64,000 nucleotides of DNA, taken from assembly GCA_963796275.1 (NCBI GenBank), contig CAWCKY010000007.1, positions 704,001 through 768,000 on the forward strand, read 5' to 3'. The translations under genes and the position numbers were made by a program. Source of the DNA: an uncultured Acidobacteriota bacterium. GTDB lineage: Bacteria; Acidobacteriota; Blastocatellia; RBC074. Of this stretch, positions 61,019 to 64,000 are shown piece by piece; the stretch's first letter is position 1; each line of letters starts with the position of its first letter. The notes below the pieces were generated by a model. That model saw only the letters and a program-made list of their open reading frames with translations, ran no database searches and had not been told where the DNA came from.

Positions 61019-63007
61019 ATGGAAGAGATATTCGGCCGGAACGGTTCGATTGCACATCATCATCCCGATTACGAGTATCGCCCAGGTCAGGTGGCGATGG
61101 CTGAAGCCGTCGCCGAAGCGCTGGATAAGCGCCATCATCTGCTCGTGGAAGCCGGAACGGGTATCGGCAAGACGCTCGCCTATCTTGTCCCGGCGGTTGC
61201 AACCGGACGACGGGTAGTCATCTCGACGGGGACGAAGAACCTGCAGGAACAGATCTTCTACAAAGACATTCCTTTTCTGCAATCCGTCATACCGGGAAAG
61301 ATCAGGGCTACCTATTTAAAGGGCCGCTCCAACTATGTTTGCCTTCACCGTCTGAGACGCGCGGAGTCTACGCCGGTGCTCGATGGCCTCGATGAGATGG
61401 AGTATTTCAACCGGGTCAGCACCTGGTCATACGAGACGCAGACGGGCGACCGCGCAGAGCTGACCGAATTGCCCGAGAATGTTTCGTTCTGGCGCCATAT
61501 CGATGCGCGCTCGGATATCTGCATCGGCGCGAAATGTCCGAGCTTCGAGACTTGTTTTATCACCAGAGCGCGACAGAACGCGCTCGAATCAGAGATCATT
61601 ATAGTCAATCACCATCTCTTTTTCGCCGATCTCGCGCTACGCGATAAGGAATGGGGACAAGTGCTGCCCGATTACAGCGCGGTGATCTTCGACGAGGCCC
61701 ATCAGATAGAAGACATCGCCATGCAATATTTCGGCGCGGGCGTCTCCAATTATCAGATCGACGACCTGCTCGGCGACATCTCACGCCTCGAGATAAAAGA
61801 TGTCGATGCCGCTCGCGAGCTGACCAAGGCGGGGGGGCGCGTCTCGCGTATGGCGGATAATTTTTGGATGAACTTTACCGAGAGCGATCCGAGTTCTCCG
61901 ATCCCATCGCTCAATGGGGGTGGCCGGGTAGTCCTGCGGAGGCAGATGTTTCAGCCGATGAGCCGCGATGGCAGCCAGGTTAACACGGCCGCGGGGGAGC
62001 GTTACGTCAATTTAAACGCCGCGCTTGCGCGCCTCTTGGGCTCGTTGCAGGTAGTAAAAAGCGCGCCGCCGGAGATGGAGGCCATCCTGCGGCGAGTCGA
62101 GCAGTTGCGGTTCGACCTCGACTTCATTGTGCTGGGCGAGGATGCCGCGTTCGTTTATTGGTGCGAGCGGCGGGGCCGCGGGATTTTCCTGCAGGCTACC
62201 CCGATTGACGCATCGGGCATCTTGAACGATAGGCTTTTCAGCAAAGTCGAGACCGTCGTTTTGACATCGGCGACCCTGACGAGCTCGGGCTCATTCGATT
62301 TCATCAAGAACAGGCTGGGCATCGGAGAGGCGTCAGAGCTCAATGCGGAATCTAATTACGACTACATCAGACAGGCGCTGCTCTACCTTCCTCCTAAAAT
62401 GCCCGACCCGCGCGATGGATCATTTGCGCAGGCAGCCGGAGGGGAGATCGTCAAGCTGCTAAACGCCAGTCGCGGCCGCGCCTTCATATTGTGTACGAGC
62501 AACGCGCAGATGCAGACGCTCCGCGAGATGGTCGAAAGCAAGATCGATTTTCCGGTGTTGATGCAGGGAGAGGGCTCGCGTTCGGGACTACTTGAGAGAT
62601 TCCGCACGACTCCGAATGCCGTACTGTTCGCCACCGCGAGTTTTTGGCAGGGGGTTGACGTACGCGGCGAAGCATTATCGTGTGTGATCATCGACAAGCT
62701 GCCATTCGCGGTACCCTCCGATCCGGTCGTCGCCGCGCGGCAGCGTTACATCGACAACAACGGCGGAAACAGTTTCAGCGAATACTCGGTCCCGAGCGCG
62801 GTCATAACGCTCAAGCAGGGACTGGGCCGATTGATCCGCAGCGCGACAGATCGCGGTGTGCTCTCGATTCTCGATCCGCGCATCTTGACGAAGAGCTATG
62901 GGCAGAGCTTTTTAAAAAGCCTGCCGCCGTGCCGCATCAGTCGCAAGATAGAGGATGTCGAACGATTCTTCTCTGAATCGGGGCAATCGGGGCAATCGGA
63001 GCAATAA
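61019..63007 (+). CDS. dinG: DinG/YoaA ATP-dependent helicase
   Basis: EAGTGIGKT, Fe-S cysteines, DEAH, SATL, FWQGVD, QGLGRLIR. Confidence 0.93.
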   Translation: MEEIFGRNGSIAHHHPDYEYRPGQVAMAEAVAEALDKRHHLLVEAGTGIGKTLAYLVPAVATGRRVVISTGTKNLQEQIFYKDIPFLQSVIPGKIRATYLKGRSNYVCLHRLRRAESTPVLDGLDEMEYFNRVSTWSYETQTGDRAELTELPENVSFWRHIDARSDICIGAKCPSFETCFITRARQNALESEIIIVNHHLFFADLALRDKEWGQVLPDYSAVIFDEAHQIEDIAMQYFGAGVSNYQIDDLLGDISRLEIKDVDAARELTKAGGRVSRMADNFWMNFTESDPSSPIPSLNGGGRVVLRRQMFQPMSRDGSQVNTAAGERYVNLNAALARLLGSLQVVKSAPPEMEAILRRVEQLRFDLDFIVLGEDAAFVYWCERRGRGIFLQATPIDASGILNDRLFSKVETVVLTSATLTSSGSFDFIKNRLGIGEASELNAESNYDYIRQALLYLPPKMPDPRDGSFAQAAGGEIVKLLNASRGRAFILCTSNAQMQTLREMVESKIDFPVLMQGEGSRSGLLERFRTTPNAVLFATASFWQGVDVRGEALSCVIIDKLPFAVPSDPVVAARQRYIDNNGGNSFSEYSVPSAVITLKQGLGRLIRSATDRGVLSILDPRILTKSYGQSFLKSLPPCRISRKIEDVERFFSESGQSGQSEQ

Positions 63008-63018
63008 GGACGAGCGTG

Positions 63019-64000
63019 ATGGAAATAAAAATGGCAAAGAGACACATAAAAAGAAAAAATGCGGGATTGATTCGACTTTCCCCTTTTTTTGCCTTTTTGT
63101 TGATTTCTTGCTTTTTTTCTGTCGCACGGGCGGATTCGATTGAGACGGGTGAGCCACGGATAAATTGGGCTGAGGTTCAGACTGAAGCGATAAATCTATT
63201 CATCGAATACCTCAAGATCGATACGACCAACCCGCCGGGCAACGAGCTTCGAGCCGCGCGATTTTTCGGAGATATCTGCAAACGGGAAGGCATCGAGTTC
63301 CGGATATTCGAGCCGGTTCCCGGCCGCGGTACGATCTGGGCGAGACTGCGCGGTGACGGCAGCCTGAGGCCGGTAATTCTCCTCAACCATACGGACGTCG
63401 TGCCGCACAACCCGGAGTTCTGGAGCATCGGTGCGTTCAGCGGCGCGGTTAGGGACGGATATATCTACGGGCGCGGCGCGATGGACATGAAGTCGCTGGG
63501 AATGGCGCAATTCGTTACGCTGCTCACGCTCAAGCGCACAAAATTCCCGCTCAAACGGGACGTCATCTTTCTGGGGACTGCTGATGAGGAGGCGGGCGGT
63601 CTGCAGGGCGCAGGATGGTTCGCAAAGCACCATTCGAACTTGCTCGCCGAGGCGGAGTTCTTATTCAATGAGGGGGGCAGCAACAACGTCGACGCGATCG
63701 GAAATGTGCTCTCGATCGGAGTCGGCCCATCCGAGAAAACGCCCGCCTGGTTGCGGATGACGGCAACCGGCGAGGCTGGGCACGCCTCGGTGCCACGAGC
63801 GCAATCTGCGGTCAACCGGCTTCTGCGCGCGTTGAACCGCCTGCTCGATTATTCACCGCCGGTCAAAATTACTCCGGCCGTCGAGCAGGCATTCAAAGCG
63901 ATGTCGCCGTTAATCCCCTCGGAGCACGCGGCGAAATTTTCCGATATTCGGGCGGCGATCAAAGATCCCGAATTTCTCCGTCAACTCGAATCCGATCCGG
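63019..64000 (+). CDS. M20/M25/M40 family peptidase, exported; 3' end beyond window
   Basis: Not in ORF track. Hand translation gives IDTTNPPGNE, LLNHTDVVP, YGRGAMDMK, ADEEAGG, NEGG, GHAS. Confidence 0.9.
   Translation, partial: MEIKMAKRHIKRKNAGLIRLSPFFAFLLISCFFSVARADSIETGEPRINWAEVQTEAINLFIEYLKIDTTNPPGNELRAARFFGDICKREGIEFRIFEPVPGRGTIWARLRGDGSLRPVILLNHTDVVPHNPEFWSIGAFSGAVRDGYIYGRGAMDMKSLGMAQFVTLLTLKRTKFPLKRDVIFLGTADEEAGGLQGAGWFAKHHSNLLAEAEFLFNEGGSNNVDAIGNVLSIGVGPSEKTPAWLRMTATGEAGHASVPRAQSAVNRLLRALNRLLDYSPPVKITPAVEQAFKAMSPLIPSEHAAKFSDIRAAIKDPEFLRQLESDP

Overview
A gene-dense bacterial chromosomal window, about 50-58% GC by eye. Gene style suggests Acidobacteriota, probably Blastocatellia-like (TIGR03437-type domain, Oar-like receptor, TPR-CHAT, ECF cassettes); this is inference. 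About 50 CDSs are supported, including two that run off the window ends and are missing from the ORF track: a matrixin-type protease at 1-2237 and an M20 peptidase at 63019-64000. Metabolic content includes gnd-pgl-HAD-pgm, hinT, alaX, a form II coxSLM/G cluster, uxaE-SDR-larA-like uronate genes, ispG and dinG. No rRNA, tRNA, CRISPR array or transposase was seen. Highlights: (1) two paralogous ECF sigma/anti-sigma/periplasmic-protein cassettes facing each other (18890-28692) around a secreted TPR-CHAT protein with both catalytic residues substituted, one cassette having a TonB C-terminal domain inserted in its third gene; (2) further likely pseudo-enzymes (an M1 peptidase without HEXXH, a degenerate Ppx/GppA-fold protein); (3) three unknown genes inserted between coxM and coxG; (4) a 312-bp MITE with a 7-bp target duplication inside a REP element; (5) many 7-mer and 9-mer repeat hairpins, some inside coding sequence; (6) a sigma-54 promoter with paired enhancer-like sites upstream of a small coiled-coil gene. 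All family calls come from motif recognition, not database searches.
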